The notes under the pieces are model-generated. The model saw only the letters and a program-made list of their open reading frames with translations. It searched no databases and was not told where the DNA came from. From Mobula hypostoma (Eukaryota): a stretch of 64,000 bases of DNA. The stretch covers positions 76,138,001 to 76,202,000 of the forward strand of contig NC_086097.1 in NCBI RefSeq assembly GCF_963921235.1, written 5' to 3'. Made by a program: the position numbers and the translations under genes. Numbering within the stretch: the stretch's first letter is position 1; each line of letters begins with the position of its first letter. Below, one piece after another: positions 24,420 through 35,429 of this stretch.

Positions 24420-25620
24420 ACATCATGCCAGGGAACTCTTGGCATGGCATATTACATTTCCAAGGATGGGGATGGTGTTTGCACATATTATGAGGAAGAT
24501 CCTCAACATCCTCTTCCCAGTAGCTGAATTACTCCTTCCAGAATCACAATGTGGACTCTGCTCATCGAGGGGCAAAATGGGTAAGATTTTCACAATGCAA
24601 AAAGAACATGGAAAATATAGCAAAATGCCTTTAACTCAATCAGCTAAATAGGACCATCCAAAAACCTGCCTTTCCTCAGAAATTTAACACCATTTAGCAT
24701 CTGCTGCACACTTTCTTACAAGTACTCTGTCCCAAATTGAACACAATAATTTTCACCCCCTCAGGCAGCTGCTCAAAGTTAATCATCTTCACTCCAAAGA
24801 CAGACATGCTTGTTTATGGACAGTTGGTGATGCATTTCGAGTCAACATTGATTCCATCACCAAAGTTGAGAAATGGATGGGTCTATATTGATTGTCTACC
24901 ACATAAAAGATCACTACCAATCTGTCCTCACCACACAACATCTCAATACCCCCTTTGCACATAACAATAATGAAGACCTTTAGGAGCCAGCTCACAGTGA
25001 AGGCAGAATCAATGACAAAATTCACCACTGACCAAATGAGAAAAAGATCATTTAAAAGGTAACGTTCTGAACCTGGCGGTAAGCTCCTAGTTTACCAAGT
25101 ACCACTGATTCATCTCTGACCTGTATGCAGTTAAGACACAGAAAACTCACCCAAGGTAACTGAGGCACTGGGATATTATGATCAATATTAACTTCACATA
25201 ATCCTCCAAATCCATGGGCAGGAAAGAAGAACCAATATTGGTGCCCTTCTTAGACCAGCTTCCTGAGCATCAAGGCAGTAACCCCGCTTGAACAATTCTG
25301 GTGCATGAGACACTCTGCTTGCACCCCTGTCACAAGACAATCAAGTACCTACTCTGAGTTCCTCATAGGAAGGGATTTTGAGGATAATGGAGAAGATGCT
25401 TCATACATGTTCAGAAAGGCTACTTAAACAAATGCAACTTCCACAGGCCTTTCAGAGTCCCTCAAAATGGAGGAAGAATATCTGAAAGGTACCTCAAGTC
25501 TTCGAGCAAAATGAAAGGGGACAATCTGTAAACAGCCCATCCATTGTCCTGCCAAACTACTCCCACTTTATCTGTAAAGGAGAGCACAGACCCTCTAAAG
25601 ATCACTCAATCACTTCAGAA
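24420..25620 (+). mobile_element. Highly decayed RTE-clade (BovB-like) LINE
   Basis: LLPESQCGLCSSRGKMGKIFTM resembles the RTE RT motif LPESQCGFRxxRGTxDMIF. Downstream extent is approximate. Confidence 0.6.
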
Positions 25621-25921
25621 CTCATAGAAATAAGTCCCAACTGACTGACTGTGTGGGCTTAATTTCTATATGTCACTAAAAAGACCAACACCACTCAAAC
25701 AAGTTGAAATATTTTGCCAAATGTAAGCTAATCATCATTGAGTGTAAACCCACATGACCGATTTAATAATTTGTATTTCGTTAAACACATTGATATGTTA
25801 TTCGTAGAAGGGCCTGGAATGTCCTATTCTGCACAGTAGTTCTAAATACATCAGTACATTGATAGATAGATAGATTATACATTATTCTTTATGATTTTAT
25901 TGTTAAATATCTTGTCTAATA

Positions 25922-26475
25922 TGAGGGGTGATTGATAAGTTCGTGGCCTAAGGTAGAAGGAGTCAATTTTAGAAAACCTAGCACATTTATTTTTCAACAT
26001 AGTCCCCTCCTACATTTACACATTTAGTCCAGCAGTCGTGGAGCATACGGATCCCTTCTTTGTAGAAGTCGGCGTCTTGGACCTCCAGAGGTGGTCCACA
26101 GCAGGGGTGATTGATAAGTTCGTGGCTTAGGGTAGAAGGAGATGAGTTATTAACTTCAAACTTTCTGCATAATCACTCAAAGAGTTGCACTGTATGTGCA
26201 TGTAACGACAGCTGTAGAACTCATCTCCTGCTACCTTGGCCATGAACTTATCAATCACCCCATGCTGTAGACCACTTCTGGAGGTCCAAGACGGCAACTT
26301 CTACCAAGAAGGGATCCGTATGCTCCATGACCGCTGGACTAAGTGTGTAAATGTAGGAGGAGACTATGTTGGACTGTGTAAATGTAAGAGGGGACTATGT
26401 TGAAAAATAAATGTGCTAAGTTTTCTAAAGTTGACGCCTTCTACCTTGGGCCACAAACTTATCAATCACCCCTAG
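25922..26475. mobile_element. Fold-back mariner-derived non-autonomous element with nested inner TIR pair
   Basis: TA flanks at 25920-21 and 26476-77; TIR (c/t)gaggggtgattgataagtt; arms encode the transposase C-terminus FYQEGIRMLHDRWTKCVNVGGDYV...EK*. Confidence 0.9.
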
Positions 26476-26571
26476 TATATGCTTTGTTGCTCATTATTTC
26501 AGAGTTCACATTAAATATATCTCAAGATATATATTTATACAATACCATATCTGTTAGCACAACATTATTTT

Positions 26572-27880
26572 ACAGCTCGGGTTGTTGGAGTTCAGAGTTC
26601 ATTCCCAGCATCCCCTGTAAGGAATTTCTATCTCCTCACTGTGGAATGCATGGATTTCCTCTGGGCGCTCTGGCTTCCTCCCACAGTCCAAAGATGCACC
26701 TATCTACTTATTTATTTGTTTGTATTTATTTCTTACATCCAATGGAGTAAAAACCTTTATGTTGCATCGCCATCGCAATGTACAAGCAGTAGAGAGGGGA
26801 AATGTTGGAGGACATTGCTCAAACACTAAGGCTACATCCACACTAGACGAGATAAATCCATAACCAAAGCTTTTTCTCTTTGTTTTGACCCTCCGTCCAC
26901 ACTGAAACGGTGTTTTCCTCCCCCGAAAACGGAGCTTTTCTAAAACACTCTCCAGAGTGTGTAAATCTGAAACCACCGGTTGGCCGTTGTAGTGTGTACA
27001 GGGTAACCGGCTAATTAAAAAACGCTATCATGACATGCCAGAACAAATGGTGGCGGCAGCGCGGCATTTCATTGTTTTCTTGAACGCAACCTCCAGCACC
27101 ACAACAACAATATCTGACAATAGATGTGTAACATCCTAATGTAACATTGTACGGAAATACAAGATAACACTGATGCAGACATGTTTTATACATTTAACAA
27201 GGTGCTTTATTAACGTACTGCTTGTGCAAACATTCAATAGATGCAATGGTCACTTTTGCCCAGTAACTCATTTTATTGCACATGTAAATACAACAAAATA
27301 ATACAGAAAGACATGGCAAAAGTAAAGGCAATCAAATGAGGTTAACAGCAAATTTCACTTTTGCTAAGTAACAAGCCTTATTGCATTTAGTTGTAGCTGT
27401 TGTCCCTTTCATCGGTGAAGAGACTATGGCTGTAGGAAATGTTTCTGGACAAACGCGCACCAAGTCTTTCGTTTGGCAATTTCCTTTTAAGTTTTTCTAG
27501 TCTGTAACTGGACAAACGCGCACCAAGGATACTGTTTCGTCTTCGCTTGTTTTCTGTGTGTCCTGCGCATGCCCAGTAGAAGGAGATTCGCCCAAATATC
27601 CCTTTTAATGTGGACAGAGGTATTTTCAAAAATGCCTGGTGTGGACGCCTATTGTTTTTACGCAAATATGGCGTTTTCAAAATTATCCGGTCTAGTGTGG
27701 ATGCAGCCTAAGACTCTATACATAATTGTTTTGTGGACATGTATGTACAGTACCAATTAGTAGGTTAATTGGTCATTGTAAACTGGCCTGTGATTAGGTT
27801 AGGGCAAAATCGCGGGTTGCTGGCAGTGCCACTTGAAAGGCTGGAAGGCCTATTCTGCACTGCAGTTCGAAATAAATCAA
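26572..27880 (+). mobile_element. V-SINE-like element split by nested insertions
   Basis: 5' half to 26700 (ctctggcttcctcccacagtccaaaga) resumes at about 27750 (gtaccaattagtaggttaattggtcattgtaaa). Confidence 0.7.
26830..27708. mobile_element. PIF/Harbinger non-autonomous DNA transposon, 879 bp
   Basis: TIRs GGCTACATCCACACTAGAC / GTCTAGTGTGGATGCAGCC; TAA TSD at 26827-29 and 27709-11; CpG-rich. Confidence 0.9.
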
Positions 27881-28943
27881 TGCATTGATAGATAGACAAA
27901 TAAATTAATAAATAAACTAAAGTATATATAGATAGATAAATTAATTAATTAAGTAATTGATAAATAAATAAAATAAGTAAGAAAGAAAGAGTACTGGAAA
28001 AGTTTAACCATACTTTGGTTCCTTTCTCAGGAAGAAGATGAATATCAAATCCAATTTCTTTACAATGTTAAGGCTGGGGATAGTGAAGAAACATTGTCAT
28101 CATTATACTGGTGTTTACAACGTGTGGATTTTTAAATACACGTTTAAAATCAATAGTTCCTTTTCTGCAGTATTCAGCAAAAGGTTTGGCGATCACTCAA
28201 ATTTATTACATTGCTTGCATCAAATGGCAGCTCTCCATTGTGTCCTTTTGCTTTAAGAAACTTTAAGTTATATATTCCCCATATTGCTTCACTAAAACAT
28301 GCAGCTCAGTCTCACAGTATTTACCACTTACTGTTATTTACCACTGTTTCCTGTCAATGTGCCATAATGCATTTCATTTGTCAGAGCAATAAATATGAAT
28401 TATTAAAGTATCAGGAGAGTTAAAGCAGTGTGTATACTGCATGTTTTGCACAAATAACGCCCAGTAACTCACCAAACATATCTTTATGTCTGCAAGTCGA
28501 AAATATAACAACCTTTTTATTTGAAATTTAAAAAGTGATGATGCAACCAATCTTTGGATTCTTTTGGGTGTCTTTTAAAAACGCGAAATCCTTTTGGTCA
28601 CTGTTTAAAACAAGCTGTATAATAATTTTAACTTGTATATCTGTTTTCTTACTCATGGGCACAAATGAATATGAATGCCATTAGAAGTCCACATTGCTTG
28701 AGTTAAACCTATTTCATTGTTAGCAACCAGTAGTTTAGAAAATAATAATGAATTCCCTTAGGAGTGCCGGTGACCAAATCAATCATCAGTACAAATATCC
28801 TTGAATCTGCTGCCATTTTTAATGAAATATTTGTGTGAAACATGTATTACAAAACTGAAAGTTTCTACATCCCAATCAACCAATGTATATAATGTTATTT
28901 GTAATACACATAATTGATGAATAATGTATCAAATAAAGGAATA

Positions 28944-29796
28944 CATTCAATTCCAGTTAATCGGGGCATCAGTTAAGCGGGGCATCAGTTAAGCAGGGCA
29001 TCTGCTTACTTATCTCTCAAAGAACAAAAACAAATCAAGAAAATAGATGGGATTCCCTTCATTTATTTGGGACAATATGCCACTTAGGTGGGATAGGAGA
29101 ACTTCGCTGAACATTTTAAACTAGCATCAGTCACGTGCGCATTGTGTTGCAGTTAGACACTATATTCTGCTTGGAGTGCACAGTTTTTAAATAGCATCAC
29201 TTGTGTATTTGTGTTCAAAAAAGCAGTGAACTTTGTCACTGATACTCAGTGAGTAATAAACAGCAAGACAATTCAGAACTGTTTTGCTCACTGTGGCTTC
29301 AAACATTCAGGCTTGGAGATGCCAAAAATGGCCGGGAGTGAAAATGAAATGATTTCACTACTTTAACAAGTTAGGAACTTCAAAATATTTGAAAGCATTG
29401 ACAGTCATCTTGAAAATTACAATTGAAATGCAGATTTAGAGGATCCAACTGTCGGAAGCACTGTTTGAAGTCAGTATACTATCTGCACTAGGTTTCTGCG
29501 CTGATTTTGTTCATTTACAGTCAATAAACAGAACCTGTCAGCATGTACTGAATGAATTCCTCCATCAATAACTTTTAGGAACTAATACAGAGTTTTATAG
29601 TACTGTAGTAATTTTGGTAATGTTCTAATATATTCTGCATTTTATTTACATACATAATTTGTTACATAGTTAAATGGTAGTTCGTCTTTTTTATACATTT
29701 TTAACTATTTCCGTAAAACTCAGCTAATTGGGGCAACCAGTTAATTGGGCCAAAATGCACAGGTCCTGATGTGTCCCAATTAACTGGAATCTACTG
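28944..29796 (+). mobile_element. Tigger/pogo-like non-autonomous DNA transposon
   Basis: TA-flanked imperfect TIRs cattcaattccagttaatcgggg / cccaattaactggaatctactg; second copy at 14950-15659. Confidence 0.8.
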
Positions 29797-30089
29797 TATA
29801 TCCTCAGAGTGAAGATGCAAATAGGTCATACAAAATAGTTCAATTACATTTATCAGTATTCTAAACTTGGCTTCTCTGAGAATTTTATTCATCCTACACT
29901 TTCTATGGATATATCAGTATGCAGGAGAAAGTTCAGTTTACAAGCACTCTCTCTACAAACTCTGTGTACTATAAGACTTCCTCTGTTAATCAGAAATTGC
30001 ATTGTGAGTTGCATCCAGAAAATGGTTTCTCTCATTAATAAAGATAGTTTGCGATATAAACAAAATTGCAAAGCACAAGTATGTTGGTC

Positions 30090-30495
30090 ATCAGTTCCTA
30101 CTGCCTTGGGAAAACAGCTAACATAATCAGAGACCCCTCCCACCCCAGTCATTCTCTCTTCTCTTCTTATCCCATTGGTCAGAGGATACAAAAACTTGAG
30201 AGTAAGTTCAAACAGAGCCAAGGAGAGCTTCCATCCCATTGTTATCAGACTCTTGAAAGGTCCTCTCATTCACCAAAAGATGAACTGCTGATCTCCCACT
30301 CTACTTCGCTGTGAACCTTGCACTCTATTTGTCTATCTGAACTGTACTTTCTCTGTAACTGCAACAATACTTCCTGAATTCTGTATTCCTTTTACCACCT
30401 TGACGCAATCATGTATGGCATGAGCTGTCTGAATGCTGCACAAAACAAATTTCTTTGTTGTATCTTGGTACATGTTAGAATAATAAACCAATACC
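30090..30495 (+). mobile_element. Rex1/Babar-type LINE 3' end
   Basis: ANIIRDPSHPSHSLFS peptide and an aataaacc tail. Confidence 0.75.
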
Positions 30496-33102
30496 AGTTT
30501 TACAGTTATGCTTAATAATAGTGTCGTATGGTGTTGTAAGCATAGTCACATTTAGTGGCTGTCCTGTTTAGCGATGAATTACCAAATTCTATCAATTATT
30601 GCTTCAGAGTCAGTTTCTTCTTCCTCTATTGGTTGCCATAAAAACATATAAACTAGAAGCAAGAATGCTTGATTCATCACTCACTGAATCTGTGGCTGAT
30701 CTGATCTTAGTCTGAATTGAAATTTCCATCCTGATCCTCAGTAAAACTCATTTTTTTCTATAGTTCAAAACTCTGTCCCAGCTTTGAAAGCATGAATATT
30801 TGATGACTCAACCTGCACTGATGCCTTGGGTAGAAAATTCCAGAGATTCATGACACTCAAGGAATTCCTCCTCAACCCTGTCCAAAATGTGCCTTCCTGG
30901 AAAACATCATGATTTTCTGCACTGTGAAGCTGTATCATCTGCATGTACATCAAGAATCACAAGTTTAAAAATGTGTGTTTACCTTATTCACTTTTCCCCA
31001 TGTAAATTCCATGACAGCATACTTTATTCTGTATCACAATGCTTTGGGGAGTGATTTCTGAATTCTACAAGGATGAATTTCCATTTACTGAATGACTTTA
31101 ATGCGGGTTAACCTGTAATAACTGTCTCTATTTGCTATGAATAGTTTTAAACACTTGATTGTTTTTTTCCAAAATGTGAAATTAGAAGCAGTGCAATCCA
31201 CACTTCCTTCATGACCTTTTTCTCCTGGTAACCTTTGTATCAAAGGTGAGATTGTGCTTCCACGAATTTTTACTGAACATCTTGTCTTGGTAACTACAGT
31301 GAGTTTACGACTTTTCCCACCATTGGTTAGTTGTTCAGGTGCACAGTCAGTTAGAGTTGAAAATATTGAGTGATAAGGACTTGTTAATAAAGCAATTTAC
31401 AGTCTTAACATGTTACTCAATGCTGGAGTCTCAGCAAATAAGCAAGCAAAACACACACACACACACTTTGATGCTTCACTCTTGCAGTTAGTGAATTGTT
31501 GCTAGAACTTTTTAAATTTTAGTTGTTTCAATTTTTTTGCTTTGACTTTCAATTTCTTAATCCAATTTTCATTTTCTTTATTTACTTTGCTAATTCTAAT
31601 TTTACTCCAATTTATCCAGTTTCTTCCTCTGTCATATACTCTAGTTTCTCTTCTAAACTAAAATATTGACCCTGCCATTCACCAGGATCCCAGCTGCCTT
31701 GCTGCCAACTCCAGCTAACTTATACTGTACTACATAAAAAAAACTAGAAGAAAATATATCTATGTGTTTCTCTGTCCAAAATGTGTATATAACATTCATA
31801 CCATACCACTGATTGGAAAAATCTTCCTAATCCCAGAATTATTGATAACAGCCTCTGTAAATTTACACATGGTTAATACTTTAAATGCACAATATACTAT
31901 ACTTTATTTTACAAATATACTTCTCCATATACTTACTCTTTCTGATACACTTGTTATTAGCTCTCCATATTGCAAAACTGATACACCAATTTAATATATA
32001 AAGAGCTTCAGAGCTTTTAACTAATTGATGTATATAGCTTAAAACGTTTTAATTACTTGACTTTCACAGAGCGTTACAATGCAAAATATTTGTATACAAG
32101 TTAAAAAGTAAAAGTCGTTTGTATAAGTCGTTTTACTTTTAAATTATTGATCTGCATAATTCGAGTTCTACGTTTTTTGCAGAACCTATTTGGTTACGAT
32201 TATACAAGGGTCATAATCGAACGTCAAATGTCCGTAATTCAGAACGGTTCGACCATGCTTAGTACATTTTTAATGACGGCTCCACTAGACCATATAAATA
32301 CCCATCGCGATCAGCATCCTGGGCATATGTTGAGCACATGGGAACAATAAAATTGTTAATCTGATACGATTGTTGCAGGCAGTAGCCCAGATCATTGATG
32401 ATTGACGGCACTTTTGTGTAGAATACGTGTTTAAGCTAAAACATGGGACTGTATGTCTGCTTCCAGTGGCTGATAAATACGCATCAAGGTGAATAGACAT
32501 TCAAAATTTATCCTTCTCTACGACACACGGGTAATCAGCCATAAATTGATATCGTCAGTTCTGTTTCAGTAACCCTGTAACAGAAATCCGCCGACCTGTT
32601 TCAACCTTAATAGTCAATTTATAACCAGCGGCGCGACTACTAAAGATAGCCTGCTTTTTAAAGAGTCAATTTAATAAATTTTCTAACTCCCACCCAAAGA
32701 TAGAAATTTTCAAGAAAGCGCCAGTTCTCATTGGGATAACAATCTCGTTTCATTATAATAAAAATCGATCTACGACATATGAATTCGCTAGTTAGAGGAA
32801 CTGCGGGGCACTTACTGACAAACTGACATCAATTTCACCAGATTCCAGGTACCGCAAGAGCTATCGTGCGTCGAATGCATTTATTTCAGGGAATCACTGC
32901 GTAAGTTAAACTAAGAGACACTAAGAACGCATACAAGTCACATGGCCATTCAAAAAGGACTGTACTGTTGGATGTATGCCATCAAGAAGCGCAAATGCTG
33001 AAAACATCAGTCCACAGTTTGCATCAGTTAAAGACACAAATTTGTTGCACTCGTACAAATGTATCGGCGACCTTGTACATGTAATACAAAGTTTGCCGAA
33101 TA

Positions 33103-33140
33103 ATGCACACGCACACACACGCACGCGCGCGCGCACACAC
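33103..33140. repeat. Mixed (CA)n/(CG)n alternating purine-pyrimidine tract
   Basis: atgcacacgcacacacacgcacgcgcgcgcgcacacac. Confidence 0.9.
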
Positions 33141-33769
33141 CCACACGCAAACCCATACGGGAGCGCTTTTAAAAAGTAAATAAACAAAACGCATGCTAAC
33201 AAAAACAGAAATTAACAAATCAGATAGCATCCCTGGACAGAAAATTAGCTTCACGTAGGAGGTTTTTCTAAAAAAAACAGAATGCAACAGCCTACAAGGT
33301 AAAGATACAACATCTGTTCAGATTTAATCATATCCATTCCAACATCTCTCACACAAGGCAAATCATCCTGATTTCGTTTTTTTTGGGATAAAATACAAAT
33401 TCGTGTGGATGATTCAATTTCTGGTGGTTTGTACGTGATAGTTCCATCATTATTATCTTAAAATTAAGTTATTTAAGTTTCGTTGAAGTGTACGAAGTTT
33501 TACAGATTGGTTACGGGTTACTTATACTTTATACTTTATTGTCGCCAAACAATTGATACTCGAACGTACAATCATCACAGCGATATTTGATTCTGCGCTT
33601 CCCGCTCCATGTTTACTGTGAACCATTTCAAATCTCAGAGGGGAACTATACAAAATAGTGCTGAAAGTTTAAATAAGTTGGATTGTAGGATAGATTCGAA
33701 TATGTACAGCAGGATAAAATAATATGTAGGGTAAGATTGGATTAGTGAGGGGTAAACAGCAAAAAGAGA

Positions 33770-34140
33770 AAGCATCAGCATCAGAACAGGGTTTATTATA
33801 ACTGACATGCTGTGAAATTTGTTGTTTTGCGGCAGCAGTATGGAGCAAAACATACACATTTACTATGTTACAATAATACATAAATAGTACAAACGAGGAA
33901 TAACGATATAATGTTCGTGAGTTCATGAGTCGTTCAGAAATCTTTTGGCCGAGGGGAAAAAAGCTGTCTCTGAATCGCTAAATGAATCGTCAGTCTCCTG
34001 TACCCCCTCCCTGACTGTTGTAACGAGAAGGGACATGTCCTGGATTGTAAGGGTCTTTAATGATAGATGCCTCCTTCTTGGGACACCGCCCCTTGAAAAC
34101 GTCCTCGATGTTGGGGAGGTTTGTGCCCGAGATGGAGTTG
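33770..34140 (-). mobile_element. Rex1/Babar-type LINE 3' end
   Basis: Homologous to the 6530-6900 fragment (ttttgcggcagcagta, gggtctttaatgatagatgcc). Confidence 0.75.
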
Positions 34141-35191
34141 GTATAAAAATCTTGCACAGATTGAGGAAAACGTGGAGGATGATCTTCTAAAAACTTTTAT
34201 GCAATTGGGGAAACTTGCCTTGCGAATGCGTTCAAAAATAAGCTTCCAATCAAACTATAAAAGCATTTTCAGTGATTTTGAAACGAGCTTGCTGCGGATT
34301 TCCCTTGTTTAAAACACAGGTTGTTTGGGAACTCCATGGTTGGGAAGAATGAAGTGCAGAATGTTTATTTGGCAGCTGATATCATCAACCTATAAAATCA
34401 ATCACAACACAAATGTATCGAGTGTATTCATGTATCATAAGAATATATTTTCTATGAAAATTTTCCCGGGGTAGGCACGTTGCTTCTCATCAGTGGGTCA
34501 AAACTCATTAAAGGCGGCTGCTTTAAATGATCAGAGAAGTCACCGAATCAACCCTTACCATTTTATCCATGTGAGATTGACTACAATATCAGTTTTACGT
34601 CGACAAGATTATTTTGACCGTCTGCAGAAGAAATTATCAAATAAAATGTATATTATTTACGTAGATTCACAGCAAGTTTCAGTTTCAGATTTTTTTTTAA
34701 CCACAGGTACATCGAAACACACAGTGAAGTGCATCATTTGCGTTAATCCCCAACAGACCCAAGGATGTGCTGGAGGCAGCTGGCAACTGTCGCCACACAT
34801 TCCAACATCATAGCATGTCCACAATGGGAAATATATATTGGTTTCAATTCGTTCTAATCGATATCGTACTATTTGTTTAGGGAAATCCGATGATTTGGTA
34901 TCCCCGTAAAAAATATGCAACTTAGGATGCAACTTCATACTTATGTTTCCAGGGATTTCAACGAGTAGGTGAAAGTAATAGATAGTGAAAATATAGTCAT
35001 ACAAATACCAAAAAATACATAATCAGTTGAGTTTGCAATGTATGTCAAATGAATTAATTTCGTTTCGTAATCAGTTGCAATAAATGGGATACAGATCATG
35101 CAAACCCGACAATGCTTTCAGAGTTTGAACAGTGGCAACAAATGGCATTGACTGTAGTGTGAAACTAATCCAGAACCTGATTTCAATCAGT

Positions 35192-35272
35192 GGGCGGATT
35201 AATTCTGGTGCAATTCCAAACTTTCTGGCCAATGATCGCGAGAGGGTTTGGAGACTTCCTGGCTTTTAAATA
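35192..35272 (+). promoter_or_regulatory. GREM1: Candidate GREM1 core promoter (GC box, CCAAT, TATA-like)
   Basis: GGGCGG at 35192-97, CCAAT at 35229-33 and TTTTAAATA at 35264-72, upstream of a consensus splice donor. Confidence 0.5.
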
Positions 35273-35294
35273 TGACTGCTCGACTCGGGAAGAA

Positions 35295-35429
35295 ATTGTA
35301 CCGCAAATCAGCGGTTCATTCTATGGAGACATCAGTATTCAGAGCTTTCCTTTATTTTCTATAGCATCCCGGCTTTCGCGTGGAACATCAGCCAGCCGTG
35401 TACGTGACTGTACAGAGAACGCTGGGCAG
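35295..35429 (+). other. GREM1: Candidate GREM1 non-coding exon 1 (start approximate)
   Basis: Ends at CAG|GTAAGT (35427-35435). Vertebrate GREM1 has a non-coding exon 1, and the CDS here is preceded by an acceptor. Confidence 0.55.

Noticed and set aside
25922..26475. Recurring 30-40 bp sequences superficially like CRISPR repeats
   Set aside because: They are inverted transposon TIRs in eukaryotic DNA, with no spacer array or cas genes.
32101..32143. Short inverted repeat aaaagtaaaa/ttttactttt at the edge of the CpG domain
   Set aside because: Low-complexity 10-bp arms, plausible by chance or local duplication.
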